Shown: in pieces, positions 54,897 through 62,777 of the stretch
Position numbering within the stretch: position 1 is the stretch's first letter
How the letters are laid out: every line of letters starts with the position of its first letter
IMG/VR virus record: IMGVR_UViG_3300021399_000101
Coordinates: 65,630-129,629 of that record
Strand: one strand, 5' to 3'
Origin: a virus
Taxonomy: Duplodnaviria; Heunggongvirae; Uroviricota; Caudoviricetes
DNA: 64,000 nt
Position numbers and translations under genes: made by a program
The notes under the pieces: generated by a model
Seen by the model: the letters and a program-made list of their open reading frames with translations, nothing else
The model's database searches: none
Told to the model about the DNA's origin: nothing

Positions 54897-54962
54897 GTTC
54901 CCATAGACCAAGTTGGTCATCACTTCTTAGTGAAGAAATTGGTGCAAGTCCGATTGGGAATA
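54897..54962 (+). ncRNA. tRNA-like family member E with a collapsed anticodon arm (TCACT-TCTT-AGTGA, a 4-nt loop); probably not decodable
   Basis: Shares acceptor GTTCCCA/TGGGAAT and T-arm with members A-D. 66 nt. Confidence 0.4.
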
Positions 54963-55344
54963 AATGTAAAACAAAGTTGAGCAGTTTTCAGCCATCTGAA
55001 ATATAGGTGGAGCCGTAACACTTTTAGGCTCAATGAAATCGTCAACACTTCTGACCAAGTTTGGCGTCCCTTTTCTTCAAATTCTTTTAGGGTATGCGTA
55101 GAAATAAAGAACACCGTTTCACCCTTTATCGGTATTTAGAAGAAGGGTAGGTGAGCCTTTGTGCAATTTGCGTATTTTGACCTGAGGATATTAAATACGA
55201 CGAGCGTGAGAGTGGGTAGATGGAGCAAGTTGGTCAGCGATGCTACTCACATAATGTGCCACGTTGCGAGTTTCTTAGGGGCAGATGCAGGTGCTCCTAA
55301 GGGATTTGCGAAGTAGCACATACTTTTTTATTAAGGAGAGGAAG

Positions 55345-55689
55345 ATGAAAAGTTATTTTAGATATGTTCGTAAGGAAAACGGTGCTGGAATTGGTGCTAT
55401 CGCTATCGAAGAGGACGAGCACGGCATCTTTAATATAGGTGCTTCAGTTTGTGCCCCTAATGATACTTTCAGCAAGGATACGGCAAGGTTTATTGCCTTT
55501 AACAAGGTGAGTTCCATTCCACTCAGATTTTCGTTTTATGAGCTTGTCGACAACGACTGGTATGATGAGTTCGTTTCTATTCTCCCTTATAGGGACGAAG
55601 CGATTGAGCTTTTCGTGGCTACCTTCTTTGACATGATAGATGACATTATCATGGATTATGCAAAGGAGCATTACAAGACTCTGGTTTGA
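55345..55689 (+). CDS. hypothetical protein (114 aa)
   Basis: Ribosome-binding site TAAGGAGAGGAAGATG. Confidence 0.5.
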   Translation: MKSYFRYVRKENGAGIGAIAIEEDEHGIFNIGASVCAPNDTFSKDTARFIAFNKVSSIPLRFSFYELVDNDWYDEFVSILPYRDEAIELFVATFFDMIDDIIMDYAKEHYKTLV

Positions 55690-55754
55690 ACGACATCAAT
55701 CAGGTTTTAATATAATGGCAAGCAGTCTAACATTATTGTTAGACTGCTTTTTTA

Positions 55755-55783
55755 TTGACAAAAAATCTAAAGTTTATTATAAT
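55755..55783 (+). promoter_or_regulatory. sigma70-like promoter
   Basis: ATTGACAAAAAATCTAAAGTTTATTATAATGTAAA. Confidence 0.55.
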
Positions 55784-55827
55784 GTAAATATAGAGCAAAA
55801 AAAATATTTTTAAAGGAGACAAACAAA

Positions 55828-56625
55828 ATGGTTTATGTTACTGGTGATACCCACGGTGATGTATCAGACCCAAGATGGGATTGGTTTGATGAACATCTTA
55901 CTTCAGACGACATTTTAATTATTACCGGCGACTTTGGCTTTGATTGGAATGATGACATTCGAAAAAAATGGCAGAATTTCAAGCATGATTATATCGTTTT
56001 GTTTTGTGACGGCAATCATGAAAACTATGATGTCCTAAATTCATTGGATACCATTAAGAAGTTTGACGATATTGTAGGCGTTTTTGGCAATAACACTTAT
56101 CGGCTTTTTACCGGGCATATGTATATTATTGAGGGTAAAAAGTATTTTGTGTTCGGCGGAGCATCGTCTATTGACAAGGACTGGAGGGTTGAGTACGAGG
56201 AGAAAAATAACTCCCCTAGAACTCTTTGGTGGCCTGAAGAGGTTCCTTCTGAGGACACATTGCTTCTTGCAAAGAACACTTTAGCCAAACATAATTACAA
56301 GTTTGACTATTTTATTACTCATACTTGTAATCCACAGCTTAAAGGGCCCGTACTAAAAACCTATAAGATGGATTTTTATGACCCAACTGAATCAATGATT
56401 AATCATCTTGAATATCTTATTAGGGAAAACAATGGAGACTTCAAATACAACTTCTTCGGACACTTTCACAAAAATGTCCATTTTCTCAAATATCATTGTC
56501 TTTATGGAGACATTGTTAATCTGGACGATTCTAAAATCATTAAGGGTTTTGACGATTTTTCCTTCGAGACTTGGGAAACCTACCCACTTGAGGAAAGCGA
56601 AAGGTCGGAAATAGTTTCTGTTTAA
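55828..56625 (+). CDS. calcineurin-like metallophosphoesterase (MPP3)
   Basis: VTGDTHGD, ITGDFGFD, CDGNHENYD motifs. Ribosome-binding site TTAAAGGAGACAAACAAAATG. Confidence 0.75.
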   Translation: MVYVTGDTHGDVSDPRWDWFDEHLTSDDILIITGDFGFDWNDDIRKKWQNFKHDYIVLFCDGNHENYDVLNSLDTIKKFDDIVGVFGNNTYRLFTGHMYIIEGKKYFVFGGASSIDKDWRVEYEEKNNSPRTLWWPEEVPSEDTLLLAKNTLAKHNYKFDYFITHTCNPQLKGPVLKTYKMDFYDPTESMINHLEYLIRENNGDFKYNFFGHFHKNVHFLKYHCLYGDIVNLDDSKIIKGFDDFSFETWETYPLEESERSEIVSV

Positions 56626-56674
56626 TTTGACAGAAATTCTCGAAATTGATATAATTATTGTGAAGAGGGAGAAT

Positions 56675-56848
56675 ATGTTTAACATTGTAGTTTGGATTAT
56701 TGTCTTGATTTTTGCTTCAATAACGACATTTGTTTCTTTTGCCAATTATCGCAACTCCCATATGAAACTTCATTTGGTCGCCATAATACTTGGTGCGTTT
56801 GTCGTTGTTCTTGAGGTGATGGCTCTTATTATGGTACATAAGGTATGA
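56675..56848 (+). CDS. small membrane protein (57 aa)
   Basis: Ribosome-binding site GAAGAGGGAGAATATG downstream of the 56624 promoter. Confidence 0.45.
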   Translation: MFNIVVWIIVLIFASITTFVSFANYRNSHMKLHLVAIILGAFVVVLEVMALIMVHKV

Positions 56849-57054
56849 GTAACAAAACTTATAACAACATAAAAAACTTAATAGCATTTATTGCCACAAT
56901 CGCTTTTGCAGTATGCAAGGTGATTGGGGTAATTTCTGCATCTTGGTGGTTAATTGTGGTTCCCCTGTTATTAGCGATGGTGTTCCAAGTCAAAGAAGAT
57001 GACGACGATGACGAGGGTGGGTCTAATTCGAGCAATAATCTTAAAATGGCATGA
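56845..57054 (+). CDS. small membrane protein with an acidic tail (69 aa)
   Basis: ATGA overlap. Hydrophobic core then DDDDDEGG. Confidence 0.45.
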   Translation: MSNKTYNNIKNLIAFIATIAFAVCKVIGVISASWWLIVVPLLLAMVFQVKEDDDDDEGGSNSSNNLKMA

Positions 57055-57064
57055 GGTGCTTATT

Positions 57065-57610
57065 ATGAGTAAAAAGATTCTAATTGTTGTTGATATGCAG
57101 AACGATTTCATTGATGGAGTTCTTGGTAATCCCTACAATAAAGAAGTTGTTCTACCTAACGTGATTAAAAAAGTTAAGCAGGCTAACAGAAACGGAAACT
57201 ATGTTTTCTTTACTTGCGATACCCACTTTCAGAGAGATTTCCACGAATCTATTGAAGGTCAAAGGCTTCCACTTCATTGCGAATTTAACACGCATGGATG
57301 GCAAATAAATGAAGAGCTTTCTAAAGTTGTCAATTCTTCCCCAATTCTAGTATGGAAGCCCACTTTCGGCAAATTGAATTGGAAGGAATATATTGGGCAC
57401 CTTGTTGATGATGATGTTGATGAAAATACTGAAATTGAACTTTGTGGTCTTTGTACTGATATTTGTGTTGTCAGCAATGCACTCATTCTCAGAGCTATGT
57501 ATCCCAATAATAAAATCACAATTGACTCTTCATGTTGTGGCGGGACAACTCCCGAAGCACATGAGTCAGCTTTAACTGTAATGCGTTCTTGCATGATTGA
57601 TATTGTTTAA
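57065..57610 (+). CDS. isochorismatase-family cysteine hydrolase (nicotinamidase PncA-like)
   Basis: ILIVVDMQNDFIDG signature and CGLCTDICVVSNALILRA (catalytic Cys region). Ribosome-binding site TGAGGTGCTTATTATG. Confidence 0.7.
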   Translation: MSKKILIVVDMQNDFIDGVLGNPYNKEVVLPNVIKKVKQANRNGNYVFFTCDTHFQRDFHESIEGQRLPLHCEFNTHGWQINEELSKVVNSSPILVWKPTFGKLNWKEYIGHLVDDDVDENTEIELCGLCTDICVVSNALILRAMYPNNKITIDSSCCGGTTPEAHESALTVMRSCMIDIV

Positions 57611-57637
57611 TGCGTTTTTTCTCATACTTAAAATCAA

Positions 57638-57679
57638 AAGGTAAGTGGTCTTAGGTGGGTTCAATTCCCACCTACCTTA
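57638..57679 (+). ncRNA. tRNA-like minihelix (acceptor-like AAGGTAA / CTACCTT flanking a T-arm GTGGG-TTCAATT-CCCAC)
   Basis: Same architecture as 52896-52934. Lies directly after the stop at 57610. Confidence 0.3.
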
Positions 57680-57699
57680 TAAATTAAACAAGGTGAAAA

Positions 57700-57894
57700 A
57701 TGGTTAAGAAGATTTTAATTACCATTATTTTGGTAATAGTTCTGGCTTTTGTCGTCCATTGGACTGGCATACCACTTGGCTCATATATTGACAGAGCACT
57801 CGATTGGGTGTTCTCTTGGACTAACAAAATTATTCCAAGACTGACAGAAATTCTGCCTGCATGGGGAGAAAAGATTAAGTCCACTTTGAACTGA
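57700..57894 (+). CDS. small membrane protein (64 aa)
   Basis: Ribosome-binding site AAACAAGGTGAAAAATG. Confidence 0.5.
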   Translation: MVKKILITIILVIVLAFVVHWTGIPLGSYIDRALDWVFSWTNKIIPRLTEILPAWGEKIKSTLN

Positions 57895-57945
57895 TTTTTT
57901 GTTCCCTCCCTCCTGCCAGAAAGCGAAAGCAACTCTTGAAATTTT

Positions 57946-57971
57946 AGCACTCTTGATGAGTGCTTTTTTTA
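57946..57971 (+). terminator. rho-independent terminator (AGCACTC-TTGAT-GAGTGCT followed by T7)
   Basis: Perfect 7-bp stem plus T-run. Confidence 0.65.
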
Positions 57972-57972
57972 T

Positions 57973-58000
57973 TGACAAAAAAAGCAAAATTTGTTATAAT
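57973..58000 (+). promoter_or_regulatory. sigma70-like promoter
   Basis: ATTGACAAAAAAAGCAAAATTTGTTATAATATAAG. Confidence 0.55.
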
Positions 58001-58018
58001 ATAAGCAGGAGAAAGGAC

Positions 58019-59032
58019 ATGAGCAATATTTATTTACTGAGCGAAGAAGTTAGGAAGACATCAAACGAACTTATAAATTTGGGTATCGCCGCTAGGAGAA
58101 ATCTCAAGACAAATGTGTATGGCGGTCTTCCCATGATAATCTTTGCGAATACTGAATCGGAAGAGTTGGGACATTATGATATGTCTCAAAACCTTATTGT
58201 CCTTTCAATAGAACTTCTTGGCAAGGACGCTACTGAAATAAGAAACAATGTCTATCTTCATGAACTTGCTCATTGGGTAGATGTAATGATAAATAAAGGC
58301 TCAGCACATGACAGCACATTCAAAGAGATTTGTGCCGATTTGGGTGTTGAGCCGGATTACTCAAGAGCAACTGTAAAAGACTTCTTTGAGAAAAAGGCTA
58401 AGATGCGTTCCAAGGTAGAGAAACTCATAGCCCTTTCAAGTTCTGATTTCGAAGGAGAGGCTGATTCTGCCATCGCAAAGGCTCAGGCTTTGATGGAGAA
58501 GTATAACATTAAATATACCGAAAGCGATTCCGAAGACGAAATTTTTGGTGTAGATGTGTACACAGCAGGCAGAATGGATGTTTGGAGAGTTTTGCTTACC
58601 GGAGTTATAGCAGATATAACCGGAGCTTTCCACCTTACCAATCACAATTCAAAGGGTAAGACACTCTCATTTTTCGGCTCTGCCGAACAGGTTGAGTCTG
58701 CTCTTTATTTATGGGAACAACTTACTTATAATGTTGAGCTTGAATACAAGAAAATCAGAAAGACTGTTACTGGAACCGTAAGGCCCGCCGAGATTCATAA
58801 CGGAATAGTTCTTGGGCTTAAGAGAAAGGTTGCCAGTTCTTCTTGTAAGTCTTTGATTCCTTCGCAGAGAAAAAATGAAAACATATACTGCCGTATTACT
58901 GGTATTAAAATTTCGCATACCAGTATAAAATCCGGACAGAGTGCTCAGTTTAGAGCAGGGCTTTCTAGTGGAGCAGCCATGGCTGTACCGAGCGGAAAGG
59001 GCGTGGCTGTTAAAAGAATAGCTGGATATTGA
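58019..59032 (+). CDS. protein with an SprT-like HExxH zinc metallopeptidase motif (338 aa)
   Basis: NVYLHELAHWVD. Ribosome-binding site AGCAGGAGAAAGGACATG. Confidence 0.5.
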   Translation: MSNIYLLSEEVRKTSNELINLGIAARRNLKTNVYGGLPMIIFANTESEELGHYDMSQNLIVLSIELLGKDATEIRNNVYLHELAHWVDVMINKGSAHDSTFKEICADLGVEPDYSRATVKDFFEKKAKMRSKVEKLIALSSSDFEGEADSAIAKAQALMEKYNIKYTESDSEDEIFGVDVYTAGRMDVWRVLLTGVIADITGAFHLTNHNSKGKTLSFFGSAEQVESALYLWEQLTYNVELEYKKIRKTVTGTVRPAEIHNGIVLGLKRKVASSSCKSLIPSQRKNENIYCRITGIKISHTSIKSGQSAQFRAGLSSGAAMAVPSGKGVAVKRIAGY

Positions 59033-59047
59033 TTGGAGAGACTGATT

Positions 59048-59209
59048 ATGCCCACAGATGCAGAGAAATGGAAACAAGACATGATTAAAAGTGGACGTAT
59101 GAAAGATGATGATGGGTATTATCATTATACCTCAAAAAAGAACGAAGATGCCAACGATGAGTTGGTAAAATTTTGTTTGACAAAACTCCTTGATTATGAT
59201 ATAATATAA
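59048..59209 (+). CDS. small hypothetical protein (53 aa)
   Basis: Ribosome-binding site TTGGAGAGACTGATTATG. Its 3' end contains the next promoter. Confidence 0.3.
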   Translation: MPTDAEKWKQDMIKSGRMKDDDGYYHYTSKKNEDANDELVKFCLTKLLDYDII

Positions 59210-59230
59210 TTGAAAAGGAAGGTATTATAA

Positions 59231-60337
59231 ATGGCACATGAACTTGCAGTTATATCTAAGATTCAGAGTATTACTCCAATTGAAGGAAAAGACTTCATTG
59301 AGCTTGCTAGAATTGAGAACTACGACTCAGTAGTTCAGAAAGGCGAGTTTAAGGAAGGCGATATTGCTATATATGTTTTTTATGACTCTATTCTTCCTCA
59401 GAGGGAGGAATTTGAGTTTCTTAGAAAGAGATGCTGGTCTCCTAAGTATCAGGGGTTTAGAATTAGACCTATGAAACTTGGCAATGTTGTATCAGAGGGC
59501 CTCGTTCTTCCTATGTCTGTACTTCCGCAGAATAAGAAATACAAGGTCGGTGATGTTGTTACTGACGACCTTGGCATTGTTCTTTATGACCCGGAATATA
59601 ACCCTTCTAAGCCGAAGGCAGAGCCCAAGGGATTCTTTAAGGCTCTTATGAAGATTCCTGCTTTTAGGAAACTTGTCAATCGTTATTATGCCTTTAAGAA
59701 GGCTCATAATAACAAGAATTATCCTAATTGGGTTGTCAAGTCCGACGAGGATAATATTGAAAAGCTTTGGGATAAGGTTAAAGACAATTCCTCAGTTTTT
59801 ATTCTTACTGAAAAAGTTGAAGGTATGTCCACTTCTTATGCAATCGAGAAGGGCAAGTTCAAGGTTTATTCTCATAATTGGAGAGTGAAGGAAGGTGCTT
59901 GGGTTGAGTACGCCGTAAAGCACAATATTGAGGCAAAGCTTAGAAAACTCTGCAAGAATAATGGCTGGAAGTCTATTTGTATTCAGGGCGAGCTTGTCGG
60001 CCCTACAATTCAGAGAAATATCTATAATCTTAAAGACTTTGATTTTTATATGTTTGGCGGATACTATGCAGATGGTCAGAAATTCACTTGGAGCGACGTC
60101 TGTAATGTTGCAAGCTGGATTGACGAAAAGACCGTTCCTAGACTTGGCACAAAGCACATTTCCGATTTTGACGGACTTGATGCAATAATCAAGAACGCAG
60201 ATGGAAAGTCAAAAATTTATAATGTCAAAAGAGAGGGAATTGTTTGGAGAGACCAGTCTGGGTCAGTACATTTCAAAGCCAAGTCTAGGGACTACAAGGT
60301 GTGGTTTGAGAAGAAAGCTGAGAAGGAAGGCGAGTAA
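59231..60337 (+). CDS. ATP-dependent polynucleotide ligase of the covalent nucleotidyltransferase superfamily (RNA-ligase-like, with an N-terminal OB-like domain)
   Basis: Motif I TEKVEGMS (KxEG), motif III ICIQGELVGP, motif IV REGIVWR, motif V HFKAKSRDY. The size and N-terminal domain resemble Rnl-type ligases. Confidence 0.6.
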   Translation: MAHELAVISKIQSITPIEGKDFIELARIENYDSVVQKGEFKEGDIAIYVFYDSILPQREEFEFLRKRCWSPKYQGFRIRPMKLGNVVSEGLVLPMSVLPQNKKYKVGDVVTDDLGIVLYDPEYNPSKPKAEPKGFFKALMKIPAFRKLVNRYYAFKKAHNNKNYPNWVVKSDEDNIEKLWDKVKDNSSVFILTEKVEGMSTSYAIEKGKFKVYSHNWRVKEGAWVEYAVKHNIEAKLRKLCKNNGWKSICIQGELVGPTIQRNIYNLKDFDFYMFGGYYADGQKFTWSDVCNVASWIDEKTVPRLGTKHISDFDGLDAIIKNADGKSKIYNVKREGIVWRDQSGSVHFKAKSRDYKVWFEKKAEKEGE

Positions 60338-60618
60338 TGAAAAGAAAACTAATTGCTGTTGTCACCACGGCTTTGCTGGCAATTTCTTTAGTGTCTTGCA
60401 CCCCAGCTGCGAGAAATTCTTTCTCGCAAATGACTACCTATAAAGACCCACAGAGTTTAGGTGGTTATTGGAACGTCACGATGCAGACCGGGCAGACTTT
60501 TAATCATGTCAAGTGTACTTACTGGGGAACTGACGATGATACTGCTGTGTTTCAGATGGACGATGGTACACTCATTTGCCAGTCTGGAGCAGTTGTGTGT
60601 GTGGAGTGCAAAAGGTGA
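60337..60618 (+). CDS. predicted lipoprotein (lipobox LVSC)
   Basis: MKRKLIAVVTTALLAISLVSCTP. ATGA overlap with the ligase stop. Confidence 0.55.
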   Translation: MKRKLIAVVTTALLAISLVSCTPAARNSFSQMTTYKDPQSLGGYWNVTMQTGQTFNHVKCTYWGTDDDTAVFQMDDGTLICQSGAVVCVECKR

Positions 60619-60830
60619 CTTTAAACGATTTTCCGATTACAGTAAATAATAAACCAGCCTGCGTAAAATTGATGCAGGCTATTGAATCATCATTACCTAA
60701 ATTACTTTGGGGAGGCGGTCAAAAACCAACCGGTTTTATACCAGATGGTCATAACTTCCCTATTCAAATATGTTTGGTAACCGAATATGGTTATTACCAT
60801 ATGTATTATAAAAGCAGACGCGGACTTTAA
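60576..60830 (+). CDS. hypothetical protein (start uncertain)
   Basis: ORF overlapping the previous gene by 43 nt. Confidence 0.3.
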   Translation: MPVWSSCVCGVQKVTLNDFPITVNNKPACVKLMQAIESSLPKLLWGGGQKPTGFIPDGHNFPIQICLVTEYGYYHMYYKSRRGL

Positions 60831-60841
60831 GAGGAGTTTTT

Positions 60842-61270
60842 ATGGGACTTGATATGTATATGTTGAAACGAAATAAGGCTCAGGAGCCTCATTTCGATGA
60901 AGATACCAATGAGCCTTGTTATAATTGGGAGGACGTTGCTTACTGGCGTAAAGCTAACGAAATTCATAAGTGGTTTCTTGATTATTACAATCTTGATGGG
61001 GATTTTAATTGCGAGCTTCAGGAAGTTGGAAAAGATGGCTTGCAGGAACTTGTTGATACTTGTAAGTTTGTTCTTGCCAGAAGGGGCAAGAATGATGCTT
61101 CAAAAGTAGCAAGTGAAAAACTCCCAACGCAAGGGGGATTCTTTTTCGGCGATACCGATTATGACGATTATTATTATGAAGACTTGGAAAATACGGTTTC
61201 TCAAATGGAAAAAGTAATTAGGGAAACTGATTGGGACAACGAAGTTGTTGTTTATTCTTGTTGGTGGTAA
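60842..61270 (+). CDS. hypothetical protein (142 aa)
   Basis: Ribosome-binding site AAGAGGAGTTTTTATG. Confidence 0.5.
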   Translation: MGLDMYMLKRNKAQEPHFDEDTNEPCYNWEDVAYWRKANEIHKWFLDYYNLDGDFNCELQEVGKDGLQELVDTCKFVLARRGKNDASKVASEKLPTQGGFFFGDTDYDDYYYEDLENTVSQMEKVIRETDWDNEVVVYSCWW

Positions 61271-61312
61271 GATAAACTTACCACCTAAAAATAATTTTGT
61301 AGTAATAACTAA

Positions 61313-61501
61313 ATGGAAGAGACTGTAGACAAGAAGGTTTATACATTATTGGAATATAGACTTTTGTTAAGGAAATTACAAAAAGCAGGTTATTATTGGT
61401 TAGACGGTGATTCTTTGAGTGTTCCATTTGTGCCGGACGAGCCTTTCCCAATAATTATTCATTTACTTACAAAAAGCAAGAAAATTTATTGGAGCTGGTA
61501 A
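61313..61501 (+). CDS. small hypothetical protein
   Basis: ORF. Confidence 0.4.
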   Translation: MEETVDKKVYTLLEYRLLLRKLQKAGYYWLDGDSLSVPFVPDEPFPIIIHLLTKSKKIYWSW

Positions 61502-61719
61502 TGGTTTTTAAAGAAATAAAAGTAAATACAAGAAGAGAGCTCTTGACTCTTTTTGAAAAGTTGGATAATAATGACTTTGCATGGGCAAGCGGTAGAAACC
61601 TTGTTGCCAATATCAACATAGTTGATGATATGCCGGCCTTTATACATTTGCATAAAGGTAATCGAGTGACTTGGGGAACATCTTCTTTACCAAGAAACCT
61701 TTGGGGGCTTATGCTTTAA
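61489..61719 (+). CDS. small hypothetical protein
   Basis: ORF overlapping the previous gene. Confidence 0.4.
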   Translation: MELVMVFKEIKVNTRRELLTLFEKLDNNDFAWASGRNLVANINIVDDMPAFIHLHKGNRVTWGTSSLPRNLWGLML

Positions 61720-61720
61720 A

Positions 61721-61912
61721 ATGAAAACCGATATTAAAAGATTGAATATCTTAAGAGACTCTTTTGCTTCTAAAAGGGAGCATAAAATTTTTCTCCTTGA
61801 AGAAGGGGAGGACCTTTCTGAAGAAGATAAAATTGTCCTTTCCAACGAAATAAACGAACTTACTGAAAGAATTAACACAATTGATTCAAAACTTCCATCA
61901 AGAAAAACTTGA
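61721..61912 (+). CDS. small hypothetical protein
   Basis: ORF directly after the previous stop. Confidence 0.4.
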   Translation: MKTDIKRLNILRDSFASKREHKIFLLEEGEDLSEEDKIVLSNEINELTERINTIDSKLPSRKT

Positions 61913-61938
61913 CTAAACTCTTAAAAAATTATATAATT
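61910..61938 (+). promoter_or_regulatory. sigma70-like promoter (TTGACT-17-TATAAT)
   Basis: CTTGACTAAACTCTTAAAAAATTATATAATTAAG. Confidence 0.5.
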
Positions 61939-62082
61939 AAGCGTAAAGAAAGGAATAATGGGGCGTAAATGGTGTCGGTGGTGACTTTATTAAAGCCTGA
62001 TAAATATATTCCTTTATGCGGTTTCCCGTTTTCAATAAGAATAGACAGTGTGTTAAAGAGAATTTGGTGTCGAGAAATTTAA

Positions 62083-62111
62083 TTGCCAAAATTTTAAAAA
62101 TTTGTTATAAT
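62083..62111 (+). promoter_or_regulatory. sigma70-like promoter (TTGCCA-17-TATAAT)
   Basis: ATTGCCAAAATTTTAAAAATTTGTTATAATTATAG. Confidence 0.5.
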
Positions 62112-62122
62112 TATAGTGTAAG

Positions 62123-62326
62123 GTGAGAAAAATGAATGTAACAAAAAGTCAGTTCAAAAGGCTGTCTCTTACAAGAGGTGCTTTAATCAGAGAACGAGAA
62201 ACAAAGATTGCCCAATATGAAGAACAGAAAGAGATGTTAAATGAAAATGAGACATCTACTCTTTTGGACAATATAAACACTTTGGCGTCAAGAATAAATA
62301 AGATAGACGAAAAAATTGGGGTGTAA
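62123..62326 (+). CDS. small hypothetical protein (67 aa)
   Basis: Ribosome-binding site AAGGTGAGAAAAATG. Confidence 0.45.
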   Translation: MRKMNVTKSQFKRLSLTRGALIRERETKIAQYEEQKEMLNENETSTLLDNINTLASRINKIDEKIGV

Positions 62327-62397
62327 ATGGTGTCGATTGGAGTTCAAGACCCCAAGCGGGAAACTTCAAGACGTGGGTTCAATTCCCACACGCTCCA
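62318..62397 (+). ncRNA. tRNA-like, type-II-sized (80 nt): acceptor GGGGTGT/ACGCTCC, T-arm GTGGG-TTCAATT-CCCAC, candidate anticodon loop TTCAAGA (CAA). The D-arm is not resolvable by eye.
   Basis: 7-bp acceptor (two GU pairs) and a canonical T-arm. The first 18 nt (GGGGTGTAAATGGTGTCG) recur at 61967. Confidence 0.35.
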
Positions 62398-62506
62398 CTA
62401 TGACTGGAAGTATATTTGGTGATATTTGTATTACATTGGTAGTTGCAACAACGTGCTTTTGTGTAGGTTGCCTCTTTTTGGCAATTTATAAATATATAGT
62501 AAAATA

Positions 62507-62582
62507 GCGGGCGGTTAGCTCAGTTGGTAGTAGCATTACACTTTTAATGTAAGAGTCGGCGGTTCAAATCCGCCACCGCTCA
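62507..62582 (+). tRNA. tRNA-Lys (anticodon UUU)
   Basis: GCGGGCG-GT-TAGC-TCAGTTGGTA-GTAGC... anticodon arm TTACA-CTTTTAA-TGTAA, T-arm GGCGG-TTCAAAT-CCGCC, acceptor 3' ACCGCTC-A. Confidence 0.85.
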
Positions 62583-62777
62583 ACCAGTCCCTTGATTATC
62601 CACTAGGAGAGGGAAACTTGTTAGGTGAAGGATACACAGTGAACAAGAGGAAATATGGCTGTTAGAGGGTTTTCGCGAGAACCCTGCTCCATATTAGTCA
62701 GACGCCTAAATAAAACGAGAGGAATCTTCGGAGTCCGCAAAAAATGTCTGACATTTATATTTATACAGGGGAAAATT

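Noticed and set aside
53400-54962. CRISPR array interpretation of the five roughly 70-nt repeats with unique spacers
   Set aside because: The repeats are tRNA-sized cloverleaves with compensatory changes in the anticodon stem. Spacer lengths vary from 95 to 190 nt, repeat length is about 70 nt with internal T-loop motifs, and there are no cas genes.
56627-57054. ORF-track starts at 56627 and 56999 (MTEILEID..., MTTMTRVG...)
   Set aside because: These starts read through a consensus promoter or the upstream gene. Internal ATGs with strong ribosome-binding sites (56675, 57065) were preferred.
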